This document shows, in pieces, positions 1 to 11,671 of a stretch of 64,000 bases of DNA. Source of the DNA: Ptychomitrium polyphyllum (taxonomy: Eukaryota); contig OZ316775.1 of assembly GCA_973851085.1 (NCBI GenBank), positions 11,594,001 to 11,658,000 on the forward strand, read 5' to 3'. The notes below the pieces were generated by a model. It worked only from the letters and a program-made list of their open reading frames with translations, had not been told where the DNA came from and ran no database searches. The translations under genes and the position numbers were made by a program. The first letter of the stretch is position 1; every line of letters starts with the position of its first letter.

Positions 1-3000
1 TCCCTTCTTATACTAGTCTATGAAGGAAAAACTTCTTTGTGAAGCTAATGGCCGCTGATGACACATCATCACTGACCTGGTTTCTGAGGATATCTTTGAT
101 GAAATTTGCGTATCTTCTCGGATGCATTTGTTACATTCGTTGAAGGTTCCCATGTTTGGTCATTGATGCCATATCCTTGCCAATGTATAAGGTACTCCAC
201 AAGTCCATTCTTGATGCGTGAATCTAAGATCTCTTCCATTTCATATTGAATTTCATTATTGATTTCCAGCGGAAGAAGTTGAAGAACAATTTTCTCTAGT
301 ATACATGATTTGTTATAGGTTTCCAACAACGATACGTGGAACACTGGATGAATTTGCATGCTTAGTGGTAGCTTTAGGCGATAACTAACCGGATTTATTT
401 GTTTGCTGATTTCAAACGGTTCCAGCTTTTGATAGTTCAACTTCTTTGATGGTCTTTTTGTCAGTATATTTTGTCATAGGATCCATACGCTATCTCCAAC
501 CTTGAACTTTGGATGGTCCTTTTGATGGCGATCTGCATAAGTTTTGTAACGATCTTGAGCTTGTTGTAACTGGAAGGTAATTTCTTGATAGATTTTAGCA
601 AGTTGAATTGTAAAATCCTCTGCTGTAGGACTTCCAACATGCTTCACTTGAAATAGATATGCTCGAAGATGATGACCATAGTTTGCAAAGAATGGACTTT
701 GAGTTATTAAAGAATGCACCGTATTGTTATAAGCAAATTCTGCCAAAGGCAAGAGGTCCATCCAATTGTCTTGCTGGTAGTTTATGCTACAACAAAGGTA
801 CAACTCCAAAATTTGATTCACACGTTCGGTTTGGCCATCAGTTTGCGGATGGTGGGTTGAAGAAAGATTGATCTTTACACGCAACAATTGGAATAGAGCC
901 CTCCCAAAATTTGGAAATGAACTATGGCCTCCAATCAGATACAATATCATCTGGTAGTCCATGTATGTGGTAGACGTGATTTAGGAACAATTTGGCAGTT
1001 TCTTCTCCCATTACCGTCTTGTTGCATGGAATGAAATATGCCATTTTGGTAAATTGATCCACCACTACCAAAATAGAATTCTTAGAATCAGAGTTTGGAA
1101 GGTCTGTGATAAAATCCATTGATAAAGACAACCATGGGCCTTTTGGCACTGGAAATGGGTGGAGGAGACCATGAGGTTGGTACTTTGGTACCTTGGCTCT
1201 TGCACAAGTGTCGCATGATCGAATAAAGTCCTTTACGTACTTCCACATTTGTGGCCACCAATAGTCTCTAGCAATCAATTCTATTGTTTTATTGAATCCA
1301 AAATGTCCTGCTGCTGCAAAATCATGACATGCTTGAAGGATCTTCAACCGCAAAGGGCCTGGAGGTAGGTACAAAAGTCCTTTATAATAATGTAGGCTCT
1401 CTTAGAATTCAAAGTTCTCATTGCTATTTGAAGGACCTCCATTGTCTTTGAGGCGCTTCTTTATATTTAAAACAAAGACGTCATTCTTCAAAGCCTTTCG
1501 AATTTCGTCAAAATGGGATGTTGTGGTAATAATGGCTGTTTTCAATTGAAGATTCTCTGGCTTCAATATAATAGTCCTTTGTTGATTCAAAACATCATCT
1601 CTTGGATGAAGAGCTAAATAAGATCTTTGAGATAAGGCATCTGGCTTACCTTGCAAGCTACCAGATCGATAGGTAATGACAAAGTTAAATCTGGAAAGCG
1701 ACATACTCCACTTTGCTTGACAGCGATTCAAAACGCGCGCACTCATGAAATATTTTAAATTCTTATAGTCTGTGTATATCGTGATGGTATGTTCAGCTCC
1801 GTCCGATAAATGTTGCCATTCTTCAAACGCATCTACAATTGCAAGTAGTTCTTTATCATGTATATCATAGTTGATCTCTGCCGCTGAGAACTTCCTTGAA
1901 CGAAAGGCAAGAGGGTGAAGTCTCCCGTCTTTATCATATTATGAGAATATTGAGCCAAGCGCAAAATCTGAGGCATCCGCTTCCAAATAAAAGGCTTTGA
2001 TGGATTTGGATGAATAAGAATTGGAACCGACGTGAATGACTTCTTAAGACTTTGAAATGCATTTTTTCCGCCTCTTCATCCAAAATGAACTTTTGCTTCC
2101 CTATAAGACGTGTTAATGGTGCCGCAATCTTGGAATAATTCTTCATGAACATTCTGTAGTTGTTTGCAAATCCCAAGAAGCATTGAACATCTCAAATTTA
2201 TCTTAACGTACTGCACTCCATGACAGTGCTTATTTTGTTCTTATCCATATGGATTCCTCTTTTGAAAATGATGTAGCCTAAAAATTCAACCGAGGGTTCA
2301 TAGAAAAGGCACTTCTCCAATTTGGCATATAATCCTCGCTGGCGTAGTTTTTCTAAGACTAGTTGCACATGACATTTGTGGTCTTGTTTATCTTTTGAAT
2401 ATATCAAATTATCATCTAAGTGGATGACTATAAAATCATCCAGATGTTCATGGAAGATATCATTTATCATGTGTTCAAAGATTGTAGGAGCATTAGTAAG
2501 GCCAAAAGGCATGACATTGTATTCAAAATGACCATACCTAGATCAAAAAGCTATCTTCCATTCGTCTCCTTCTTTGATGCGTACAAGATTGTAGGCTTCT
2601 CTAAGGTCAAATTTGGTGAATATCTTTGCTTGGCCAAGTTGTTGTAGGAGTCATGAGATTAATGGTAATGGATAGCGATTCTTTTTTGTTACTTTATTGA
2701 GGCCTCGATAGTCCACGCACATATGTAATGATCTATCTTTCTTCTTTACAAATAGAATGGATGCTCCAGCAGGTGATTTAGAGTGTAGAATGAAACCCTT
2801 TCCAAGATTTTTATCAATATATTCTTTCAAGGCAGCCAATTCAGTTTGTGATAAGTTATAAATATGTGTAAAAGGTGGTTGGGCTCCTTCTTGCAAATCA
2901 ATGGTAGAATCGTAGGGCCGGTGCTTTGGTAACATGTCAGCATTCTTCTTTTCAAAAACGTCTTTATAATCTTGATATTGACGAGGTACGTTTTGATTAG

Positions 3001-4192
3001 TCTCTATTGTAGAGCTAGACATTGGCGTGGCATAAATGGCATAGATTGGTTCATCCTTTGCCGCTCTCATAAATGCCTTAGCTACAATAAATGATGGTCC
3101 AAGATTTTTTGTATTTTGAGGTCTTATTTTTGAAACCACACTCTGTGAGCGGCAATCAATATCTGGATTATGTAATTCAAATCAAGGAAGGCCCAAAACA
3201 ATAGGATTTGTTCGGCATTGAATGATGTTGAAGGCAATCTTAGATGCCTGATTTCCTAAAACAACCTCTAAGGGATGAGTTTCTTCGATAACGTTGGCAG
3301 ACGCAAGAAATCGTCCATCAATAACTTCAAGTAGTGCGGGGTATTTTTTCTTCACAAGCACCATATGATGTTTGGTTGCAAAATCCTTGTCCATAAAACA
3401 TGCTGTTGCACCAGTATCTAAAAGAGCCTCACTAGTTATTTCATCATCTAACAATTTAATTTTGATAGGAAATGTAAAACAAGAGGTAGGATTTGAAGGT
3501 AGTAAGAGACCTTGATTTGATGGTGGTTTCCTTGTGGTGTCCAGTCGCATGGTCCCTACTGTGACTGGACAGCCTTGTTTTCCAACTCCACCATTGTGCT
3601 TTGAGCCTTAAAGGCAAATCCTTTGATTTGGCAATCGCACACTTTATGTCCAGACTTGCCACAATACAAACATAGGTTTTGTCTTTGACTCCTTTCTTTT
3701 TCTTCTAGAGTTAAATGTTTAAATTGGACAGCATCAATTTGCATAGGTTTTGGTCCTTGTGGTCGATTTCCCAATATTCTTGAAGAAGTAATAGCCATGC
3801 TTTGATGTACTGGTCGCCATCCCAAACGTTGTTCTTGGCGCTACTCAAATAGTTTGTTGTCACATGCTATTGCTTGAGTGATGAATTCGTCCAATGTTTC
3901 AACTCTTGGCATTGTGAGTAGCAAGTCCTTGACATTCTCTCTTAAGCCCCATCGAAATTGTGTGACCAAGGCTTTATCATTCCAATCAAGGTCGCAAGCT
4001 AATTGTCAAAACTCTGCAGCATATGTAGCAGCTGAGCGCTGTCCTTGTTGGAGACTCTGGATCCTTGTTTCAGCGACCTTCTCTCGGTTGGTGTCTCCAA
4101 AAGTAGATATCAATGCTTCTATAAAAGCATCTAAGTTGTTCAATAATGGTGATTGCTTCTCCATTAGGGGTGCAAACCACGATAGTGCATTG

Positions 4193-4745
4193 TGTTAGAG
4201 ACACAAGAAACAAAAAGCATTAACGAAGTGTTTCCTAAGAATTAGCTTCTAAAGATCTATTGGTTAACAAGAACTTGATACAAAGACTAGAACAAGGCAG
4301 GATTCAAGATGATCCACGACTGTTGTTGGCAAGATTAAGGAATACCTTGTCTTGCCTCCTATTTGTACTATTATTTTTGTATCTCCTAGGATACTTCTAA
4401 AGAAGCTTCCTATAAGTTTTAAGAATGTTCTGGAAGTCTAGAGAACCTTCTCAAGAAGTTTTTTAAGATGTTGGAACCTTCTTAAGAGTCGTCTAAGGAG
4501 TTGGAACCTTCTTTGGAAGTTTCCTAAGATGATGGATCCTTCGTAGGAAGTTTTCTAGGAAGTTACCTAAGATGATAGAACTTTCTTAGGAAGTTTCCTA
4601 AGGTGGAGGAACTTTCCTAGGAAGCTTCCTAAGAACTTGGAAAGGCTATGGAGACATCTAAAAGTATTCTAAGAAGCTTTTATAATATACTAGAATATTC
4701 TAGAATGTTCTAAGGACTATGTTTGCATGATCTATGTCAGTGACT
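4193..4745 (-). mobile_element. Solo LTR (family copy 1) inserted into the chromovirus gag
   Basis: Runs TGTTAG...GTCAGTGACT and is homologous to 5361-6018, 10032-10867 and 11672-12180. Flanked by CATTG (4188-4192) and CATTA (4746-4750), a 4/5 TSD. gag reads through on both sides. Confidence 0.88.
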
Positions 4746-5360
4746 CATTATTTGATAAAAGAGTGGCCACAATTCCCACTTGAGTTGTGCCATGAGGATA
4801 GCAAGATTGATGCAAACTAAGGAAGAGTCTTACTTGTTGAACAAAGCCTCTCAATTTTGATCTTGATCCATCGAACTTGTCTGGCATGCTAGTTTTTGGC
4901 TCTGCATGGATTCAACGTAAGCCTTCTCTTCTAATATTACCTCTTGCAATCGAACAATATAGACTTTAAATATCACCATTGGATCCTTCAGCTTGTCAAG
5001 TGTGTTGCTCTAAATTATTGGTGATGTTAAAAGGGGCGAGTTTCAACTAAACTATATTTAATAACTCTTGAAGGTCTACAATAGTTGCAAACCTATTCTT
5101 TGATGTTCTCGTTATGTTATCCATTTTTTAAGATTGTCAAAGATAAAAATACTATGAGTACTTTCAAAAGAGGGTAATCCACGTCCTTTGGAAGAAATAG
5201 TATTTGGTTCTAAAAGGAGAAACCAACTATATGGTGCCAGCTTAGAGGAGGGTAATCCGCAACCTCTAAGATGCTATGGAATCCTAAAGAAAATGGGTAA
5301 TCCACAATCTTCTTCAAAGAACCTTAGCTCTGACAAAGATGAAAAACAGTCTTGCCAAAC

Positions 5361-6018
5361 TGTTAGGGACACAAGAAACAAGGAGCAGAAACAAAGTGTT
5401 TTCCAAGAATTAGCTTCCAAAGAGCTAATGATTAACAAGAACTTGATACAAAGACTAGAACAAGGCAGGATTCAAGATGATCTACAACTTGTGTTGGCAA
5501 GACTAAGGAATACCTTGTCTTGCCTACTATGTGTACTGTGACGTTTGTATTCCCTAGGATACTTCTAAGGAAGCTTCCTACAAGACTTAAGAATGTTCAA
5601 GAAGTCTACAGAACCTTCTCAAGAAGTTTCTTAAGATATTGGAACCTTCCTAGGAAATTTCCTGAGATGGTGGAAGTTTCCTAGGAAGTTTCCTAAGATA
5701 ATGGAACCTTCCTAGGAAGTTTCCTAAGAAGTTACTTAAGATGATGGAAGCTTTCTAGGAAGTTTCTTAAGGTGGTAGAACTTTCCTAGGAAGTTTTCTA
5801 TAATGATGGAACCTTCCTAGGAAGTTTCCTAAGAAGTTACTTAAGATGGTGGAACCTTCCTATGAAGTTTTCTAAGGTAGAGGATCTTTCCCAGGAAGCT
5901 TCCTAGGAGCATGGAAATGCTATGGAGACATTTAAAAGGATTCTAAGAAGCTATTATAGTATACTAGAAGGTTCTAGAATGTTCTAAGGACTATATTGCA
6001 TGATATGTGTCCGTGACA
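5361..6018 (-). repeat. LTR (family copy 2), probable 5' LTR of the chromovirus
   Basis: TGTTAGGGAC...CCGTGACA with TG..CA ends. No TSD (CAAAC vs CCTTA). Same orientation as pol, about 0.4 kb upstream of gag, and abuts an 11-nt PBS-like complement. Confidence 0.8.
5966..5985. promoter_or_regulatory. Perfect 4-unit heat-shock element within the LTR
   Basis: AGAAG GTTCT AGAAT GTTCT = nGAAn nTTCn nGAAn nTTCn. Equivalent perfect HSEs at 4692-4711 and 10815-10834. Confidence 0.65.
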
Positions 6019-6081
6019 CCTTAGTCTTGCCAATACAAGTTATGGATTATATTGTATCCTGCATTGTTCTAGTTTTGTATT
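6019..6081 (+). repeat. Fragment of a related LTR in the opposite orientation
   Basis: CCTTAGTCTTGCCAATACAAGTTATGGAT...TTGTTCTAGTTTTGTAT aligns with about 12033-12096 of LTR copy 4. Confidence 0.65.
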
Positions 6082-6997
6082 TCTATTTGAAATATTAAGA
6101 ACATTTTCAAGAATTTAATAATTTCTTAAAGATCTCTAATAACTTGAAAATACTTATGAGAACTTTCCACAAGTTTCCAATAACTTCTAAAAGTTTTCCA
6201 GGAGCTCTTAGTAGCCTTTAAGAACCTTCAACCTCTCTCAGGAGTTTATTCATAAGGTTCCACGGACCTGTAGAACATTCTAGAACGTGAGAAAGAGGAA
6301 AGGAAGAGGCGAGAAAGCTGGAGAGGAGAGGACGGGAGGGAACTAGAGAATCCAACGAAACCTAGGGGAAAAGGGGAGAGAAGCACCGGAGCCAACGGGA
6401 GTCTTCCAGCCCAGACAGCGAGCGCAGAGAACGCTGCGAACGTGGTGACGGGCAGGGGCAACGGGCGCTCTCCGAGACGGCGCAATCTCATCGACTGCCG
6501 TGCCTCTGTAGGGCAGCGCCTTATGAAGCCGGTATAAAACGTCCCTCACACTGGCGGCTAATTTTAGTGTTTGCCCGTATTCGTCGCAGCCCCCTGGCGC
6601 CATTTTGCACTGGCATTGCGCACTGCTGTCCAAGGATCCCCCCGCCGTCTTGCCACGCACGCCATATTGCAACGACCCCGTGTGTACAACACCCCCCTCT
6701 CTCTTTCGCAGTTCCCTTGCTTACTGAAGCCCAGACGCTTTCCAGAGTTCTGTCCGTTGCATTGCCGTGGAGCTTTACTGCACTCACTTTTCTCCGCTCA
6801 CTGCAGTTGCTCCACTTCACTTCATTCACTCCATTTACTCTACTGCACTTACTCCACGTTGAGCGAGAGAGAAGTTTGGTTTCGTTTTCTACGAGTTGTG
6901 TAATGTGGGAGTACTTGTTTTGGTTACTTGAAGTCTTTTGAGCAAGCGAGCGAGCGAGGGAGGGAGGTTGGAGGCTGGCTAGTTTGGAGATCTGGTT

Positions 6998-8361
6998 ATG
7001 GCGGAGGGAGCGTCTTCCTCGGGGAGTTGTGAGTTTCAGTGGGGGGCCAAGGTGAGAGATTCAGAGAACAGCTACGAGCGCATGTGCTTCAATGACGTTT
7101 GGTATAGTTTGTACGATTGTGTGGGTGTGAGATCAGATGCGGAGAAGCCGCATGTTGGGAAGTTGATGAGGCTGTATGAGGAGGATGGGGTGAGGAAGGT
7201 CCGAGTGAGGTGGTTTTTGAAGCGGTTCGAGCTCCCTGTGGCGGTGGCCAAGAAGGTTTCTGGGACAAACGAGAAGGAGGTCTTCATCGCGCAAGGCGGC
7301 ATGAAGGGAGTGGAGAACGTGAATCTGCTGGTGAGCTCACTGGCTCTTGAGATTCATTATTCGGTTTTTTTCGTTGTTTTTTCGTTGTGTTTGGGAGGAG
7401 CTGTTGTTTCATTACATGCATTTGTAGAGGTCTTGTCCATGGAGGCAAGAAGATTAGGCGAAGCTTCATTGTTGGGAGAGTTAGGTTGACAGTGGCTCTG
7501 GTTTCTATCAATATTTTTTGCTAGCTTCCGTTCTCTCATGCGCTACTTTCTTTGTGCAGGAAACCATTGTTGGGAAGATTACTGTGCTTTGCACAGCTCG
7601 ATGTCCGAGAAATCCGCAGCCCACTAAGCTGCATGTGGATGAGGCGGATTACGTCTTCAACAAAGTTTACGACGCGAAGCAGCAGAAGCTCGTGAGCTTG
7701 GAGCAGTTCGAGAGGACAGAGAAGTCTCTTGGTAAGTGACACTCCTCCATGTTCAACAAAGTTTTGGTGCCTTGCCCTCTGTGATGTGTTTTCCTTGTAC
7801 CAAAACGGCGTCTAATGTCGTTTCGTGTGATGATTCTGTTCCCGATGTCACTGCATAGTGGGAGCGTTCAGTTTGTTTTTGTTCTAAAGGACTTGAACAT
7901 GTCTGAGCAGCATTCATACATTTGGTAGTTCTATGATTAGGCTGTGTGCTAATCCTTTAACTAATTTGCGTGCAGCTCTGAAGCTGTTTAACAAGTTGGA
8001 GAACTCTACTATCGATAGTTGATGTAAAGTTTTAGAGTGTTCGCTTTTTTGTTCAGTCACTGTTGTCGTGCCTTCTGCAATATGAGCTAGGGAACCTTTT
8101 CCATTTGGTTGCTCTATGATTGGGTTGTTTGCTAATTTGTAATGTGATTTGTGTACAGCTTCTAAGTTCTTCAATAAGATCGAGTGGCTCTTAGCACCGG
8201 TACCTGAAAAGGCAACCTATGAAGACCTCAGATCCCCAACTTCGGTGGCGGACTTCGAAATGGTGGAGGCCAGGAAGCGGCTTTCGTTAGACGCTGGGGA
8301 GTCTGAAGATCTTGAGGAAACTAAATTCAAGAAATTTAAGATGATCGAGGGAGGTTTGTAG
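6998..8361 (+). CDS. BAH-domain protein, ASI1/IBM2/SG1-like N-terminus (~235 aa)
   Basis: Exons 6998-7330, 7560-7731, 8159-8361 with GT-AG in phase. FQWG..YERMCFNDVWYSLYDCV..KPHVGKLMRLYEE..KVRVRWF..EVFIAQG..GVENVNLLETIVGKITVLCTA..RNPQP..ADYVF resembles plant BAH/ASI1 proteins. TATAAAA at 6533-6539. A fourth exon at 8417-8559 is possible. Confidence 0.8.
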
Positions 8362-10031
8362 AGTTTCTCCACAGAAATCGCTGGTTCCCATCTTCCACAT
8401 CTTCCTCATCTTGCAGCATCGTACCACTGTATTTTTTCTCGAGATGGCAACGTTGTGATGCTCCAATTGCAAAAATATGTAGAAAGAATGCTGTTCTACT
8501 GCGAGCGACACATGGCTGTAGTCCTGGAAGATAACCCAACGAAGAATACCCTCGAGTGAGCCCGTCCGCCGATCCAGTTCGACCGTGACGATCTGCCATT
8601 TTTCCCTCAAGGAGCATCGACAGGCTGAAGAATTCGTATGATGTGGCTCAAAGACGGTTCTAGAAGTTTGTTTCTAGGGTCCTGGTTTTTGACTCTGCCT
8701 CTTGATTCCAGTTCTCAGTTACCCCATGCACTAGAATTAGAATCATTCACAAATGTGGCATGAGCCAATGAATGACACAATTTTCTGGTGAAGTGGAGAA
8801 AGGTTTCTAATACACCACCAGTCGAGCACATTACTGCTGGTCGACCGTTTTTGTCAAAACTTGGGAAAGAGGCTTTCAGAACTGTTCCATCTTTGCGAAC
8901 AGTAAAACGTAACGAACGTTGAGTTAACTGGAGATTTGAATCTCATGCTTCCGTGCATTGTGCTTGACTTGGCAATCTGTGCTCGTTTGTAATTCATCGT
9001 GTATGCTTGCGGTGCTTCTTGGGTTCCATGATTTTCTTTTTACGAGCGTTTGGTTATTGCAATGTTTGAAACGTTACAGGAACGTGAATATTTCGATAAC
9101 TCCGGATAACTTGGTGGTGAGTGGCGACATTATCTGCAGGATTTTAGTGAAGCTTATCCAAGGGATGCCGAGTGATCGACGTCAGTGGTCACGAGAATGA
9201 ATAGGCTGGCCCTGCAACTTGAAGAAATTTTTGCAGCAAAGCTTCTGAGCTCGCACATTTTCACGTAACTCCTTTACATTAAATGCCGTCACATTGATAG
9301 CTGTCTTGTGTATTAGGTTTTTGTTCGTAACATGGAAAAGAAACCTTGTAGTCCCATCATGTCCATCTGTCTATTCGCACTTTTAAAACTTATTTTTTAA
9401 TTGTTTGTTGTTTAGTTTTTAATTTTAAAACTTTTATAGTTGTATAAAAAATTGCATCAAATACCATCACACTCTTGATGTAATGGTTGCTTCACTCTTG
9501 TTTATTTTAAAGTGGTTTATATTTTGAATGCCTTTTAACTCCATGAATACAGTTATTGTTATAGCATTAATTATGTTATAAAAAAGAAATCAAACACTTC
9601 CAATACTAACTTCAAAGCAATTGAATTTGAAAAATTTAAAGGCAATTTTTTGAAGTCTTGGGATTTTGTCATTTAAAGTTGATGAACTCATTTCTATTAT
9701 AATAATGGATGCCACCTTAATATTTATTATAAAAAACTTGGTTCAAGAATGTAACAAAAATATGGTTTTAAAAAATAAATCTAATTGGATGTTGGTTGTG
9801 AAAGGACGTTATTGCCAAAGCCTAAGAATCACCAATAGAACAATTCACTCACCATTCAAATAATTAATAACCACTACTCAATGAATGTAGTTATCCAAAT
9901 TTCATTTAATGACCGCCGTGCACTAAGCATATATCTTTTACATATTTCTTTTTCAAAATTAGTATCAGCTTGTTTTCCATCACACTTCTACCACTTTATA
10001 AGCTCATTTGCAACCAATTTCAATTTATTCA

Positions 10032-10867
10032 TGTTAGGGATATAAGAATCAATAAGCAAAAACAAAATGTTTTCCAAGAATTAGCTTCCAAAGAGCTAAT
10101 GATCAACAAAAAATGATACAAAGACTAGAGCAAAGTAGGATACAAGGTGATTCACAAGTAGTGTTGGCAAGACTAAGGTACACCTTGTTTTGCCTCTTAT
10201 TTATACTACGACGCTTGTATCTACTAGGATACTTATAAAAAAACTTCTTATAGGGCTTAAGAATGTTCTAGAAGTCTATGGAATCTTCTTGAGAAGCTTC
10301 CAAAAAGTTGGAAGCTTCTTTGGAAATTTTCTAAGATGGTGGAATTTTCTTAGGAAGTTTTTTAAAGAAATATAATCTTCCTAGGAAATTTCATAAGGTA
10401 GTGGAACCTTCTTAGGAAGTTTCTTAAAATAGTGGAATCTTCCTATGAAGTTTCTTAGGTAGTAGAACCTTCTTAGGAAGTTTCTTAAGGTAGTAGAATC
10501 TTCCTAGGAAGTTTCTTAAGGTAATAGAACCTTCTTAAGAAGTTTTGTAAGGTAGTGGAACCTTCCTAGGAAATTTCCTATTGTAATGGAAGCTTCCTAG
10601 GAAAATTCCTAAAATAATGGAGCCTTCCAAGGAAATTTTGTAAGGTGGTGGAACCTTCTTATGAAGTTTTCTATTGTAATGGAAGCTTTTGAAAGTAATG
10701 GAACCTTCCAAGGAAGTTTCATAAGGTAATGGAACCTTTTTAGGAAATTTCTCAAGGTGGTGGAATCGGCTATGGAGACATTGAAAGTAATCTAAGAAGT
10801 TACTATAATATACTAGAAGCTTCTGGAAGGTTCTAAAGACTATGTTGTATGATTTATGTCTATGATA
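10032..10867 (-). mobile_element. Solo LTR (family copy 3) with expanded internal tandem array
   Basis: TGTTAGGGA...CTATGATA, homologous to the other copies. Many ~31-bp GGAACCTTCCTAGGAAGTTTC-type units. Flanks ATTCA/ATTAC are only a degenerate TSD. Confidence 0.8.
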
Positions 10868-11671
10868 ATTACCACAACTTATAAAGCTTTGACCATTAAC
10901 AACAAGAATTTGGTGCTTAATGATGATGTACATGGTGATTTTTTTGTTTTTTAAGTAGCTGACATCTACAGATTTTATTTATGTATTCCAATAGTACTGG
11001 AGTATACAATTGACAATTTAACTTCAAATATAATGGTATTCTACAATTGCAAGCCAAATTAGCTTCATAAATCCTTCATTTTCAAAATTAACTTCAACTC
11101 CTTTGATTCTTTATTTAAAAATAAATTTTCTTTTATTGGATGATTTTTAGTCTTCTAAAAGGATTCAATGTCACTTTTATAGAACTTGATAAAATGTTTA
11201 TTACAATTTTGGAATTATATGTTTTCTATAAAATAATTATGTAGCTTTTTTGTATGCACTAATGGTTTTTATATGCTTAATTAAGTTCAAGTACAAAAAT
11301 AATTTCATTATGATTATTAAAATTACATTTAATTAGTGATTTATGAAAATTGCTTAAATACCATACATAATATTGAAATTTTGATTGTAGTAAGTACCAG
11401 TTTTTTGAAATAATACTTCAACAAGTCTTTAATGTTGCCTTGTTATATCCATAAAAATCACAACGCTATAAAAAAAAATGATTGCAAAAAATCAAATGAA
11501 TAATATATTAAAAATCCAAATTAATCATTTTATGGATGTTTAATTTTATAAGATTACATATAAACTAAAAAACTTGTTTTATGATTATAAATGTTATAAT
11601 ATTCTTTTATAACTTCCTTCATTTGCTCATTTTTTATTTAAAAATAAATTGCTTTATTACAACCTTTATTC

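Larger units (their letters stand above)
69..6018 (-). mobile_element. Decayed Ty3/Gypsy chromovirus LTR retrotransposon (Tcn1/Tf1-like): 5' LTR, gag, PR, RT, RH, IN, chromodomain
   Basis: Minus-strand fragments in Gypsy order. gag ~4980-3560 (PDKFDGSRSKLRGFVQQV; CLYCGKSGHKVCDC zinc knuckle); protease 3550-3182 (ALLDTGA); RT 3139-2198 ([37 protein letters not shown]); RNase H ~2176-1750; integrase 1374-474 (HFG..CDTC, SMDFITDLP, HHPQTDGQTERVNQ); chromodomain 440-69 (YEMEEILDSR..YLIHWQGY..TWEP). Many stops and frameshifts. A 3' LTR is not recognisable in the window. Confidence 0.95.

Noticed and set aside
1..68. 3' LTR/PPT of the chromovirus (TGTCA at 63-59, minus)
   Set aside because: Only 5 nt match the LTR start, the following sequence differs, and there is no clear polypurine tract.
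5325..5336. tRNA-Met PBS (GCTCTGAC resembling GCTCTGATACCA)
   Set aside because: Partial match, not adjacent to the LTR; the 11-nt self-complement fits better.
5188..5541. ORFs at 5188-5541, 10190-10375, 10535-10933 and 12000-12200
   Set aside because: Chance frames through LTR sequence, not conserved as ORFs between copies.
10300..10770. CRISPR-like array
   Set aside because: Contiguous degenerate tandem units with no unique spacers, in a eukaryotic LTR with no cas genes.
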